DNA from: Nemertoderma westbladi
Lineage: Eukaryota; Animalia; Xenacoelomorpha
Reading direction: 5' to 3'
Length of the DNA stretch: 64,000 nucleotides
NCBI GenBank assembly: GCA_032718475.1
Contig: JAUCBJ010003385.1
Span: 1-64,000, forward strand
Positions 12,160 to 25,103 of the stretch are shown one piece after another. Below the pieces are notes generated by a model. The model was given only the letters and a program-made list of their open reading frames with translations. It was not told where the DNA came from and did no database searches. Every line of letters starts with the position of its first letter. Positions within the stretch are counted from its first letter, which is position 1. The position numbers and the translations under genes are program-made.

Positions 12160-12735
12160 CCATGAAAAATCTTCTCCCCAGATGCATTCCAGATGGCTGT
12201 CCTATATCTCAGAGTTTTCATGTAAAATTAAACATGTTTCTGGCACAGAACGTAGTTGCAGATGCTTTATCTCGCCTTGTCTCGGCAATCTCTTTTGACA
12301 ATTTAGACAATTTGGCAGACCGTCAGTTAGACGACGTAGCATTTACAAACATTTTTTTAAGTTGACAACACAACAGTACCTTTGGGTCGGGTAACAAATT
12401 TGTTATTTATGATGATTCTAAACCAAACTTATGTCCATGCATAATATACTGTACCTCTCAAAATGAGAAGTGATATTTTCGATAAAATTCCCGATTTAGC
12501 TCATCCCGGACCCAAAGAATCTCTAAAATAGATTACCGACCGTTTTATATGGCTGGAAATGAATAAGCAATTTAAAAACTGGGCTCAAGAATGCCAAAAC
12601 TGCAAAAAATTGTAAAATTACTAGGCATACAAAAACATCTGTGGGAACAATACCGTCACATTCTCGGTTAGATACTGTAGTCCCTACATAGATATTGTAT
12701 AGGACCTCTTCCCTTCTTCATGCGGATATCAATTC
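12160..12735 (+). pseudogene. Decayed Ty3/Gypsy LTR-retrotransposon pol fragment (RNase H C-terminus to integrase N-terminus)
   Basis: Frameshifted motifs RWLSYISEFSCKIKHVSG / NVVADALSRL, zinc-binding region LAHPGPKESLK*ITDRFIWLEMNKQFKNWAQECQNC, and a remnant IDIV*DL resembling the integrase-core start; contains stops and frameshifts. Confidence 0.85.
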
Positions 12736-13481
12736 GGAAAAATTGCGAAAAATTACGACAATGTGAAGAACGGCCACGATACGGAGGGTGCGATTTCGCA
12801 AAAGACACTTTTTTAAAACGCTTATTAAAAAAATTTAAAGGCAACGACGGTGAGTGGAACTAGTTATGTTTCAAATTTCTAGCAATATGATAAAGATTTG
12901 TAGAAAAATCTAGGGGGGGTGGGGGTCCGTGTCATCAGAAAACGATACTATATTACGGGACATGATTTACTGTAGCAATGTTACTATAGTCTATTTTGAT
13001 TGGATTTAGTGCGAGCAAAAATAACTTTTATTTAATCACGAAAAAAAAAAACAATTTAATAACCTTTAATAACGATTTATACATAGATACCCCCCCACCC
13101 CCCCCCCCCCCCCCCTCCCCCACAATTTAATTAGATTTGAGTGACCCGTTATAAACCCGCTAATTACAATTAATAAAATTACGTTCTCCGTGGTGTAATC
13201 TACCACTTTATATGTGTCTGCGATATTCTGTCGAAATATATTATTTTACTATTTATTTAGTTGTACAAAAAATGTATATTGAAATATAATCTAATATTAT
13301 GTAATGAATTCGATTGTATATAAATATTCAATACCAAAATAAATATATTAAATAGCACCGCTTGTTTCGCATTAAAATAAATTAAAATTTGCTACATTAA
13401 TAAAAAAATAGAATTGACACAGTAAACAATTATATATTTATACTTTTTGTTAAAAATAAAGTAGATAATAATTAATAGGCC

Positions 13482-14372
13482 TCAGTTATTAGGAAGAACA
13501 GCATCAACAAGTACTTCGAGGAAACAGTGGATATCGAGTTCTAGAATAGTAGTCATGGTAGATAGATGGCTGATAACATGGTAGACCAGTTCGGGCTCGG
13601 TGAGAAAGGAAGCCGCTGCTACAACGGAAACAGCTAGGAGCATGTAATCCGCCTCAACGTCAGCAAACATCCGGCGGAGTTTAGCGACCGGAACCGCGGG
13701 GGAACTCATAACCTTATCGATAAGTTTGTCGTAGACAAGCCGTTTATTCAGAAGCACGTAATCGAGCACAACGAGCGAGCACTCGTACACAGGGGATGAC
13801 TCGATGGATTGGCAAGTGGCGACAAGAGCTTGAAGGATTGTCTCGACGTAACTGAAGGGGCTGATCACGTTGAGGCGGTACTGCAAGGTCTTTAGGACCC
13901 GCATCTCAGCCTCTATCAACGCCTCCCTCGCGTAGTTACTACCGGATCGAGAAAGAATCCGCTGTACTTTAGTCGTGGTGAATATCTTGTAATGGTAATT
14001 AAGCTTGGTGGCAATCTGCACGCAGATGACGCATCGCAGAGTCGCTTGTTTTTGCATTTTAAGTTTGCAGGTCTGCCAGTTGGCCTTTTCTTTTCCCTTA
14101 TGCGATGATTTCTTGAGGAGTTGGAATGTCTGTTTAACGTGTTCCGTCATGAACTCGTTGTAGAGGTCGGTAGCTATGTATTTTACATTGAGTGGGAGTT
14201 TGTATTCTTCGCACAAGTCAAATATAAATGAAACTGCTTTGTTTGTATTGAAGTAAGGCAGAGTTTTTGTCTTGCTTCTTGCAGCGAGGTTTATTTCTGA
14301 AAGGTACTGCAATACATCGATGACAAGGTCAGGGTCTAGTTCGCTACTGTTAAAGTTTACTAATTTATCCAT
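13482..14372 (-). CDS. CNTD1: Cyclin N-terminal domain-containing protein 1 (CNTD1 / COSA-1, meiotic crossover factor), single coding exon, 296 aa from the first ATG
   Basis: Matches recalled CNTD1 motifs: VSFIFDLCEEYKLP..KYIATDLYNEFM, NWQ..K.KMQKQATLRCVICVQIATKL, EALIEAEMRVLKTLQYRLNVISPFSYVETILQAL, VEADYMLLAVSVVAAASFL. The track starts at a TTG (14456); the first ATG is at 14372. Confidence 0.88.
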   Translation of the reverse strand: MDKLVNFNSSELDPDLVIDVLQYLSEINLAARSKTKTLPYFNTNKAVSFIFDLCEEYKLPLNVKYIATDLYNEFMTEHVKQTFQLLKKSSHKGKEKANWQTCKLKMQKQATLRCVICVQIATKLNYHYKIFTTTKVQRILSRSGSNYAREALIEAEMRVLKTLQYRLNVISPFSYVETILQALVATCQSIESSPVYECSLVVLDYVLLNKRLVYDKLIDKVMSSPAVPVAKLRRMFADVEADYMLLAVSVVAAASFLTEPELVYHVISHLSTMTTILELDIHCFLEVLVDAVLPNN

Positions 14373-15434
14373 GACTTTATCAATTATAATATGAAGTATT
14401 GTTGTGGGGCGAGCCACGAAGTAAGGTAGTCTTATCGTAAGGTTACCATTAAACAACCTGTCGGTCTGTAGTGTGTAGATCCGAATATTTGAAGGTTAAT
14501 AATTAAACAAAATGTACAGTAGTCTGGCAAAAGTTTATAAATTTTGTAGTCTATAATTTACGTGTGGCCATCGAGAAGCTAAGATAAAAGCAGTTGTTAA
14601 TTATTTCATTATTATTGTTAATTGTTATTGTAAAAAGCAGCATTTTTAACCAGCGTCTCCTTTCATGAAAATATATTATTTTTCTACTACAAGATTAAAT
14701 TAATTAACTTAAAAATTATCCAGCTTGAATCCCCATACATAATAGTTTTTAATTTAATAAGTTCAAGTGATTTCGCTTTAGAAATGAGTTTTAATTGATC
14801 TAAACATAATTAACAAGTTCAGAAGGTACCTAAATTGGATTCTGATCAGTTAATGGTCAACATATTAAAAGTCACTGGTAAAATTATTAAATGCCTAGGA
14901 TGTGTGTGGTGCTGCTACTACAGTACTAGCTCACTGACTGCAGTTTGAAACTAGGCCCTACAAGACGTCCGTAACATTTATTACCACGGTTCATCAAAAT
15001 ATCGGGCTGATTATTTTTTGATTGTATTTCTTTGAAATTTCTTCAAAATTATATTATTTTTTGGGTCCTTAGAATTGCCTACATTTTTTCAATAACAGGT
15101 AAGAGGGGTTGAAGGGAAGGAGCTGTCTCCCCCTTTCTTTGATTTATTGGCGGATTTTTTTAATTTCGTATATTCCGGTATTGTGATAGAATCTCTCAAT
15201 TTTAATTTGTGTATCATAACTGAGCCTCGTGCTGCTCGAACTTGTACTACCACACTACTGGCTGTTAAATGAAAATGACCGATAACAAAGTTATGTTCAG
15301 TACCGGCTAACCGGTTATTGAATGGTTGTTTTGTAGACAGTACGACTCTAGACTGCTAGATTAGACAGTTAGACAGACCTTTTTCAATGGCCAAGTGGCC
15401 TATACTAAAGTAGGCTTCTGTTTAAATAATAACT

Positions 15435-15577
15435 ATTTACATACTTGTGTGTAAAGTAGCACTTTACAGTGTGATGATCCGAGTGGCTTTGTTACACGAA
15501 CGAACGTTAGTGAGTGAGTGAAAATAAAGCCACGAGGATCAGAACACTGTAAAGTACTTTGCAACAAGTATGTAAAT
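15435..15577. repeat. Palindromic MITE-like hairpin
   Basis: ATTTACATACTTG..CTTTACAGTGT..GATCC.GTGGCTTT pairs with AAAGCCAC.GGATC..ACACTGTAAAG..CAAGTATGTAAAT. Confidence 0.65.
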
Positions 15578-16037
15578 GTATGTAGTTTTATTCCAAAATG
15601 TTAACATTACGAAATTATTGTATATATATTATTAAATTAGTTGCTGTATAAATATATGTAAAAATGACATAAATTATGTTATAAATAAGTTAGGTTATAT
15701 TTATGGTGGTGTGTGGAGCCATGTTATAATAATATAGCTAGGCCCAACTAGTTATTAATAGCTATACCCAGCCTACCGGTAGGTAATGCAGTACTGCAGT
15801 AGGCCTATCTGGCTGTCAGACAAATTTACACCTATTGTTTACGTGGTAACCAATGACGGCGTTAAGTAATGTCCACTAAGGAGACATTACTTAACCGATA
15901 ACACCAAATACAATGCTGAATGTACAGGCCAATACAATGCTGTAATGTCCTCAAAAGTTGTAAAGTGCTAAATAACAACTCGCTGTTAATACTAACGGCG
16001 TTGAGTAATGTTACAATTTTGGAATAAAATATACGGC

Positions 16038-16722
16038 ATTAGTACGTTTGAACGACACTAGCCAAACAAGCCTAAAATCCGATAAATAATGGTACCGGCT
16101 GACCGGTACCGGTATAGCAGTATTGTGCACAACCTTGCGGATTGCATGGGCATTATTTATTAAGTTCTTTGAAGGGAATGTATTATTTTATTGTAATTTA
16201 TATTACTACTACTATTATCAGACTATTATTACTACAGTACTATAACTATTATTTACTAGGTGACTACTAGGTTATTTACTGGTGGCGTTTGTTATACCAA
16301 CATTCACACCGTGAATAGACTCTTCTCAAACCACGTTCCAGAACGTGCTGTTCGCTTGTCAGCTTGTTCTTATTAGCACCGGAACAACGTCAAACAAGCC
16401 GCATGAATCCCCTGTCCTTCACCAGCAGCGTAATTTTAGATTGCGCAGTACAACCCGGAAATGGCGGAAAAGGACAAAGACGTAGGGTTGGTTGCCCATT
16501 TTGTTGTAGAGTTCGGGGGAGAAGCTCCACGCTTTGTGCAAACTCAATAGCGCGCTCCCCAGTCTCGATAAGTTTCCCAGTACACGAGTACAGTACACTA
16601 ACAGTAGGCCCAGTAAGTAACAGTAGGCCTAACAATACTGATATACCGGTACCGGTAACAATTTTTATCAGTTTCTATCTGATTTCAGGATTGTTTGGCT
16701 AGTGTCGTTCAAACGTACTAAT
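16038..16722. mobile_element. Non-autonomous TIR element (~45-bp TIRs)
   Basis: ATTAGTACGTTTGAACGACACTAGCCAAACAA at 16038 and its exact reverse complement TTGTTTGGCTAGTGTCGTTCAAACGTACTAAT ending at 16722. Confidence 0.75.
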
Positions 16723-17445
16723 ACCAAAATACACATCTAAAATCATGGACCGAAATATATATTAAATTAAGAATCGCAACAACGCAAGGCCTAATTTTCA
16801 AGTAGAGCTTGATTAAAATTTAGAGTCAAGTAGGCTATATAACATAATAATGTATGTAGTAGGATAGGCCTACCGATAAGCCCCCGCAGTGTGTCAGGTA
16901 GCAAATATTACTTCAGTCTGGCAGTATGCCATCAAAAATCTGCACTCTTGTAGGAGGTCTGATAGCCAACCGGTATTGCAAACTAGAAAATGAAACAACT
17001 TCGTTAGGCTGTTACCGGTAACCGGTACATTCAATAAGTCATGACTTACTGACCAGCATGAGGCGTTAAAACATCCTAATTTCAAGCAGTCACCGACAGA
17101 CTGATTGGTCAGACAAATGGCCTACCAACATAGCTATTCCTACCAATCATATAGCGCTTGAATTAGGTGCTTTTAAGGACAATAATTAAATTATGCCATT
17201 AGAGACTGCTAATTTCAAGTTAAGGAGTTGTTAATGATGTTGGCGGGAGGTTTAAAAATAAAATAATTGACAGACATAAAACATGTTATGTGAGCATGCA
17301 AGTGGTTGTGGTGCTTTAATAACCTCCCTCATCAAATAAGAATTAAGAAAGTAGCAGTAACATGCAATTATAATACCTGCAGAGACCCTGTCAATAATAA
17401 TTTTAAAATAAAATAAAATATAACAGTACCGGTTGCACTATAATC

Positions 17446-20400
17446 TATGGAACGCCAATAGCGCCAATAATGTTACTACCAACTAATAGTTCGTAGCTAC
17501 TTTTTTATTTGGTACAAAAAGTATCTACCATGTATTGAGTCAAAAGTACCTACCAACTAGTTGGTAGGTACTTTTTTCCTATTGGCTAAATAGATGGTAG
17601 GTACTTATGGTAGGTACTAGTTATTGTACTACTGTAGTTATTGTATAGTACTTGTTATTGGCCAGTTTATTTTAGCCAATAGGAAAAAAGTACCTACCAT
17701 CTACATGTATTTAGCCAATAGGAAAAAAGTACCTACCAACTAGTTGGTAGCTACATTTTTGTTATTGGCAGTTTATTTTAGCCAATAGGAAAAAAGTACC
17801 TACCATCTATTTAGCCAATAGGAAAAAAGTACCTACCATCTATTTAGCCAATAGGAAAAAAGTACCTACCAACTAGTTGGTAGCTACATTTTTGTTATTG
17901 GCCAGTTTATTTTAGCCAATAGGAAAAAAGTACCTACCATCTACATGTATTTAGCCAATAGGAAAAAAGTACCTACCAACTAGTTGGTAGCTACATTTTT
18001 GTTATTGGCCAGTTTATTTTAGCCAATAGGAAAAAAGTACCTACCATCTATTTAGCCAATAGGATAAAAGTACCTACCATCTATTTAGCCAATAGGAAAA
18101 AAGTACCTACCAACTAGTTGGTAGCTACATTTTTGTTATTGGCCAGTTTATTTTAGCCAATAGGAAAAAAGTACCTACCATCTACATGTATTTAGCCAAT
18201 AGGAAAAAAGTACCTACCAACTAGTTGGTAGCTACATTTTTGTTATTGGCCAGTTTATTTTAGCCAATAGGAAAAAAGTACCTACCATCTATTTAGCCAA
18301 TAGGAAAAAAGTACCTACCAACTAGTTGGTAGCTACATTTTTGTTATTGGCCAGTTTATTTTAGCCAATAGGAAAAAAGTACCTACCATCTACATGTATT
18401 TAGCCAATAGGAAAAAAGTACCTACCAACTAGTTGGTAGCTACATTTTTGTTATTGGCCAGTTTATTTTAGCCAATAGGAAAAAAGTACCTACCATCTAT
18501 TTAGCCAATAGGAAAAAAGTACCTACCAACTAGTTGGTAGCTACATTTTTGTTATTGGCCAGTTTATTTTAGCCAATAGGAAAAAAAGTACCTACCAACT
18601 AGTTGGTAGCTACATTTTTGTTATTGGCCAGTTTATTTTAGCCAATAGGAAAAAAGTACCTACCATCTATTTAGCCAATAGGAAAAAAGTACCTACCAAC
18701 TAGTTGGTAGCTACATTTTTGTTATTGGCCAGTTTATTTTAGCCAATAGGAAAAAAGTACCTACCAACTAGTTGGTAGCTACATTTTTGTTATTGGCCAG
18801 TTTATTTTAGCCGATAGGAAAAAAGTACCTACCAACTAGTTGGTAGCTACATTTTTGTTATTGGCCAGTTTATTTTAGCCAATAGGAAAAAAGTACCTAC
18901 CATCTACATGTATTTAGCCAATAGGAAAAAAGTACCTACCAACTAGTTGGTAGCTACATTTTTGTTATTGACCAGTTTATTTTAGCCAATAGGAAAAAAG
19001 TACCTACCATCTACATGTATTTAGCCAATAGGAAAAAAGTACCTACCAACTAGTTGGTAGCTACATTTTTGTTATTGGCCAGTTTATTTTAGCCGATAGG
19101 AAAAAAGTACCTACCAACTAGTTGGTAGCTACATTTTTGTTATTGGCCAGTTTATTTTAGCCAATAGGAAAAAAGTACCTACCATCTACATGTATTTAGC
19201 CAATAGGAAAAAAGTACCTACCAACTAGTTGGTAGCTACATTTTTGTTATTGGCCAGTTTATTTTAGCCAATAGGAAAAAAGTACCTACCATCTATTTAG
19301 CCAATAGGAAAAAAGTACCTACCAACTATTTGGTAGCTACATTTTTGTTATTGGCCAGTTTATTTTAGCCAATAGGAAAAAAGTACCTACCATCTATTTA
19401 GCCAATAGGAAATAAGTACCTACCAACTAGTTGGTAGCTACATTTTTGTTATTGGCCAGTTTATTTTAGCCAATAGGAAAAAAGTACCTACCATCTATTT
19501 AGCCAATAGGAAAAAAGTACCTACCAACTACAGTAGTTGGTAGCTACATTTTTGTTATTGGCCAGTTTATTTTAGCCAATAGGAAAAAAGTACCTACCAT
19601 CTACATGTATTTAGCCAATAGGAAAAAAGTACCTACCAACTAGTTGGTAGCTACATTTTTGTTATTGGCCAGTTTATTTTAGCCAATAGGAAAAAAGTAC
19701 CTACCATCTATTTAGCCAATAGGAAAAAAGTACCTACCATCTATTTAGCCAATAGGAAAAAAGTACCTACCAACTAGTTGGTAGCTACATTTTTGTTATT
19801 GGCCAGTTTATTTTAGCCAATAGGAAAAAAGTACCTACCATCTACATGTATTTAGCCAATAGGAAAAAAGTACCTACCAACTAGTTGGTAGCTACATTTT
19901 TGTTATTGGCCAGTTTATTTTAGCCGATAGGAAAAAAGTACCTACCAACTAGTTGGTAGCTACATTTTTGTTATTGGCCAGTTTATTTTAGCCGATAGGA
20001 AAAAAGTACCTACCATCTATTTAGCCAATAGGAAAAAAGTACCTACCAACTAGTTGGTAGCTACATTTTTGTTATTGGCCAGTTTATTTTAGCCAATAGG
20101 AAAAAAGTACCTACCATCTACATGTATTTAGCCAATAGGAAAAAAGTACCTACCAACTAGTTGGTAGCTACATTTTTGTTATTGGCCAGTTTATTTTAGC
20201 CGATAGGAAAAAAGTACCTACCAACTAGTTGGTAGCTACATTTTTGTTATTGGCCAGTTTATTTTAGCCAATAGGAAAAAAGTACCTACCATCTACATGT
20301 ATTTAGCCAATAGGAAAAAAGTACCTACCAACTAGTTGGTAGCTACATTTTTGTTATTGGCCAGTTTATTTTAGCCAATAGGAAAAAAGTACCTACCATC

Positions 20401-22861
20401 TATTTAGCCAATAGGAAAAAAGTACCTACCAACTATTTGGTAGCTACATTTTTGTTATTGGCCAGTTTATTTTAGCCAATAGGAAAAAAGTACCTACCAT
20501 CTATTTAGCCAATAGGAAATAAGTACCTACCAACTAGTTGGTAGCTACATTTTTGTTATTGGCCAGTTTATTTTAGCCAATAGGAAAAAAGTACCTACCA
20601 TCTATTTAGCCAATAGGAAAAAAGTACCTACCAACTACAGTAGTTGGTAGCTACATTTTTGTTATTGGCCAGTTTATTTTAGCCAATAGGAAAAAAGTAC
20701 CTACCATCTACATGTATTTAGCCAATAGGAAAAAAGTACCTACCAACTAGTTGGTAGCTACATTTTTGTTATTGGCCAGTTTATTTTAGCCAATAGGAAA
20801 AAAGTACCTACCATCTATTTAGCCAATAGGATAAAAGTACCTACCATCTATTTAGCCAATAGGAAAAAAGTACCTACCAACTAGTTGGTAGCTACATTTT
20901 TGTTATTGGCCAGTTTATTTTAGCCAATAGGAAAAAAGTACCTACCATCTACATGTATTTAGCCAATAGGAAAAAAGTACCTACCAACTAGTTGGTAGCT
21001 ACATTTTTGTTATTGGCCAGTTTATTTTAGCCAATAGGAAAAAAGTACCTACCATCTATTTAGCCAATAGGAAAAAAGTACCTACCAACTAGTTGGTAGC
21101 TACATTTTTGTTATTGGCCAGTTTATTTTAGCCAATAGGAAAAAAGTACCTACCATCTACATGTATTTAGCCAATAGGAAAAAAGTACCTACCAACTAGT
21201 TGGTAGCTACATTTTTGTTATTGGCCAGTTTATTTTAGCCAATAGGAAAAAAGTACCTACCATCTATTTAGCCAATAGGAAAAAAGTACCTACCAACTAG
21301 TTGGTAGCTACATTTTTGTTATTGGCCAGTTTATTTTAGCCAATAGGAAAAAAAGTACCTACCAACTAGTTGGTAGCTACATTTTTGTTATTGGCCAGTT
21401 TATTTTAGCCAATAGGAAAAAAGTACCTACCATCTATTTAGCCAATAGGAAAAAAGTACCTACCAACTAGTTGGTAGCTACATTTTTGTTATTGGCCAGT
21501 TTATTTTAGCCAATAGGAAAAAAGTACCTACCAACTAGTTGGTAGCTACATTTTTGTTATTGGCCAGTTTATTTTAGCCGATAGGAAAAAAGTACCTACC
21601 AACTAGTTGGTAGCTACATTTTTGTTATTGGCCAGTTTATTTTAGCCAATAGGAAAAAAGTACCTACCATCTACATGTATTTAGCCAATAGGAAAAAAGT
21701 ACCTACCAACTAGTTGGTAGCTACATTTTTGTTATTGACCAGTTTATTTTAGCCAATAGGAAAAAAGTACCTACCATCTACATGTATTTAGCCAATAGGA
21801 AAAAAGTACCTACCAACTAGTTGGTAGCTACATTTTTGTTATTGGCCAGTTTATTTTAGCCGATAGGAAAAAAGTACCTACCAACTAGTTGGTAGCTACA
21901 TTTTTGTTATTGGCCAGTTTATTTTAGCCAATAGGAAAAAAGTACCTACCATCTACATGTATTTAGCCAATAGGAAAAAAGTACCTACCAACTAGTTGGT
22001 AGCTACATTTTTGTTATTGGCCAGTTTATTTTAGCCAATAGGAAAAAAGTACCTACCATCTATTTAGCCAATAGGAAAAAAGTACCTACCAACTATTTGG
22101 TAGCTACATTTTTGTTATTGGCCAGTTTATTTTAGCCAATAGGAAAAAAGTACCTACCATCTATTTAGCCAATAGGAAATAAGTACCTACCAACTAGTTG
22201 GTAGCTACATTTTTGTTATTGGCCAGTTTATTTTAGCCAATAGGAAAAAAGTACCTACCATCTATTTAGCCAATAGGAAAAAAGTACCTACCAACTACAG
22301 TAGTTGGTAGCTACATTTTTGTTATTGGCCAGTTTATTTTAGCCAATAGGAAAAAAGTACCTACCATCTACATGTATTTAGCCAATAGGAAAAAAGTACC
22401 TACCAACTAGTTGGTAGCTACATTTTTGTTATTGGCCAGTTTATTTTAGCCAATAGGAAAAAAGTACCTACCATCTATTTAGCCAATAGGAAAAAAGTAC
22501 CTACCATCTATTTAGCCAATAGGAAAAAAGTACCTACCAACTAGTTGGTAGCTACATTTTTGTTATTGGCCAGTTTATTTTAGCCAATAGGAAAAAAGTA
22601 CCTACCATCTACATGTATTTAGCCAATAGGAAAAAAGTACCTACCAACTAGTTGGTAGCTACATTTTTGTTATTGGCCAGTTTATTTTAGCCGATAGGAA
22701 AAAAGTACCTACCATCTATTTAGCCAATAGGAAAAAAGTACCTACCAACTAGTTGGTAGGTACTTTTGACTCAATACATGGTAGATACTTTTTGTACCAA
22801 ATAAAAAGTAGCTACCAACTATTAGTTGGTAGTAACATTATGGCGCTATGGGCGTTCCATA
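17446..22861. mobile_element. Foldback-like non-autonomous DNA element: ~160-bp TIRs enclosing a 5-kb internal satellite
   Basis: Left TATGGAACGCC..AATGTTACTACCAACTAATAGTT..TTGAGTCAAAAGTACCTACCAACTAGTTGG is mirrored by right ..CTATTAGTTGGTAGTAACATT..GGCGTTCCATA. The terminal TA on each side is compatible with a TA TSD. Confidence 0.85.
17652..22760 (+). repeat. Modular satellite: core TTTAGCCAATAGGAAAAAAGTACCTACCA followed by one of three linkers (TCTA, TCTACATGTA, or ACTAGTTGGTAGCTACATTTTTGTTATTGGCCAGTTTAT)
   Basis: Seen directly; rare variants recur at a 2767-bp spacing. Confidence 0.95.
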
Positions 22862-23840
22862 ATAATTAACTGCCTAGCCTATTTAACATTTAAAATAAAC
22901 AAATTATATATGTCTACCATTGTTCAGACTAAGTAAAAGACTGAAAGGTGGCCATGTAGCTCGGAATGATGGTGGCATAATGGCAGCACAGTTATAATTC
23001 CAAACTAGTACGAATACCTCGGGTCCGGGATTACCCTACAACAATCCCTTAGCTTTACTCAACATATCAACTCTAAACTTTATTTAGCCTACAGCGTTAT
23101 CGGATCCCTAAACCACTCCATCGAAACCGGAGTATAAAAGTCGCCCCAATCGCTATATACGCCATTCAACATATTTCTCCATTTCATAAACTAAAACACC
23201 TTTAATAACCTCGATAAAATAAAGAATGCACACATTTGATTAAACCTGTCAGTTAGGTTTTCTTTATACATACATGAGCTTCTCCAATATAATCGATACG
23301 GCATTTATAAACGATATTAACGCGAAATTTCCTAACGCTGGGAAGAGATACTCCCTTGACCCGCGTTCACCAAACAGCAGACCTGAGACATCCAGGCCTG
23401 CGAAATCGGCCAATATTAACCCGGTGCACCACAAGTTCTGCTGGAATATTCCATGAACTCGAGAAATAGTGAGACATGTGAGATGAGCTGTAATCACAGA
23501 CACCACCCCCCACCCCCCCTCCCATAATAATAAATATAAATTAAATAATTCCATATTCATAACCGGTACTAAAAAAAATTGCTACACTAGCAGTACACTG
23601 TTAGTTATTATGTGCGACTATTTGTTACTGATCTGATACTGATCTTATCATAGTGACTGCAGTTAGTTGTTGCAGTACTCACAAGCTGCGTCTTGCTGCT
23701 ACCTACCACCTGTCAGCCTGTATTTATACAATGTCCCGCTACTTGATATTAGCACTCTATAATGCCTTTTTTATTGTCATTAGAACCACCTAATTCAAGC
23801 GCTTTCTTATTGGTAGAATATCCAAAAATTTTAATCGCCC

Positions 23841-24371
23841 AATCAAGAGACTCGACTGCTTGAAATTAGGATGTTCTAACGCCTCCGTCCAATCAGAGAC
23901 TCGACTGCTTGAAATTAGGATGTTCTAACGCCTCCGTCCTATCAGAGACTCGACTGCTTGAAATTATGGTGTTCTAACACCGCCTCCTCCGTCTAGCCGT
24001 GTAACTGTAACTTGGGGTGATCTAACGCCTCCTCTGACTAGCCGTGTAACTGTAACTTAGGGTGATCTAACGCCTCCTCTGACTAGCAGTGTAACTGTAA
24101 CTTAGGGTGATCTAACGCCTCCTCTGACTAGCCTCAGTGTAACTGTAACTTAGGGTGATCTAACGCCTCCTCTGACTAGCAGTGTAACTGTAACTTAGGG
24201 TGATCTAACGCCTCCTCTGACTAGCAGTGTAACTGTAACTTAGGGTGATCTAACGCCTCCTCTGACTAGCAGTGTAACTGTAACTTAGGGTGATCTAACG
24301 CCTCCTCTGACTAGCAGTGTAACTGTAACTTAGGGTGATCTAACGCCTCCTCTGACTAGCAGTGTAACTGT
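23841..24371 (+). repeat. Compound minisatellite: ~49-bp unit x3 grading into a 45-bp unit (GTGTAACTGTAACTTAGGGTGATCTAACGCCTCCTCTGACTAGCA) x ~8
   Basis: Seen directly; both unit types share TCTAACGCCTCC. Confidence 0.92.
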
Positions 24372-25103
24372 GTCTAACTGCAACTCCCCGTAAATTCGAT
24401 CATTACATGTTCCGCAACGTTCATATATTTTTGGAATAATCAATACTGAAATAGTTATTTGTCAATAAAGAAATCGTAGATGCAAACTAAACCCACCTAC
24501 GAATTATTATGCCACCCAGTGTGAACAAATCAATTAGTCTGGAATAATAAATTATATTAATACAGGTATAATATAGATGACATCTATAAATAATAATAAC
24601 ATTATATATATAACAAAACCTAAATGATTAGCAGTTGATTATATGATTCTAAATAACGAACATATAAAAATAAATATAAAAACTTCTTACCAAATAAGAT
24701 AAAAAGTTAAAAAAGCACTCGGTTAGTCATAAGACACAATAATATAGCAAAAGCACAGTGATGACAAAACATTAACTAATGTCGGACCAGGTTGTCTGGA
24801 ATAATAGTTTTGGCATGGATCAGTAACACTAGATGTGGACATGACGACGTATCTAATTGACCAGCCCACACTGCACATAAAACAACATCTGGACATAAAG
24901 TTCCAGCGATATCTCTGGGAACAAAAATACCTCCCACGTCTATGCCAGACATTACACAACACACGTTACGTTTTTATTTATTTTCAATAATAATACAACA
25001 AAAATAAAATGTAATATAATAATAAAACAATATACACCATGACCCTCAATGTGATACCAATTAAAAAATATATCGAATAAACAAAGCGAAATTCGGTAAG
25101 AAG

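Noticed and set aside
14373-14456. N-terminal extension of CNTD1 from the TTG start in the ORF track
   Set aside because: A non-AUG start is unlikely here and recognisable similarity begins after the ATG at 14372; an upstream exon cannot be excluded.
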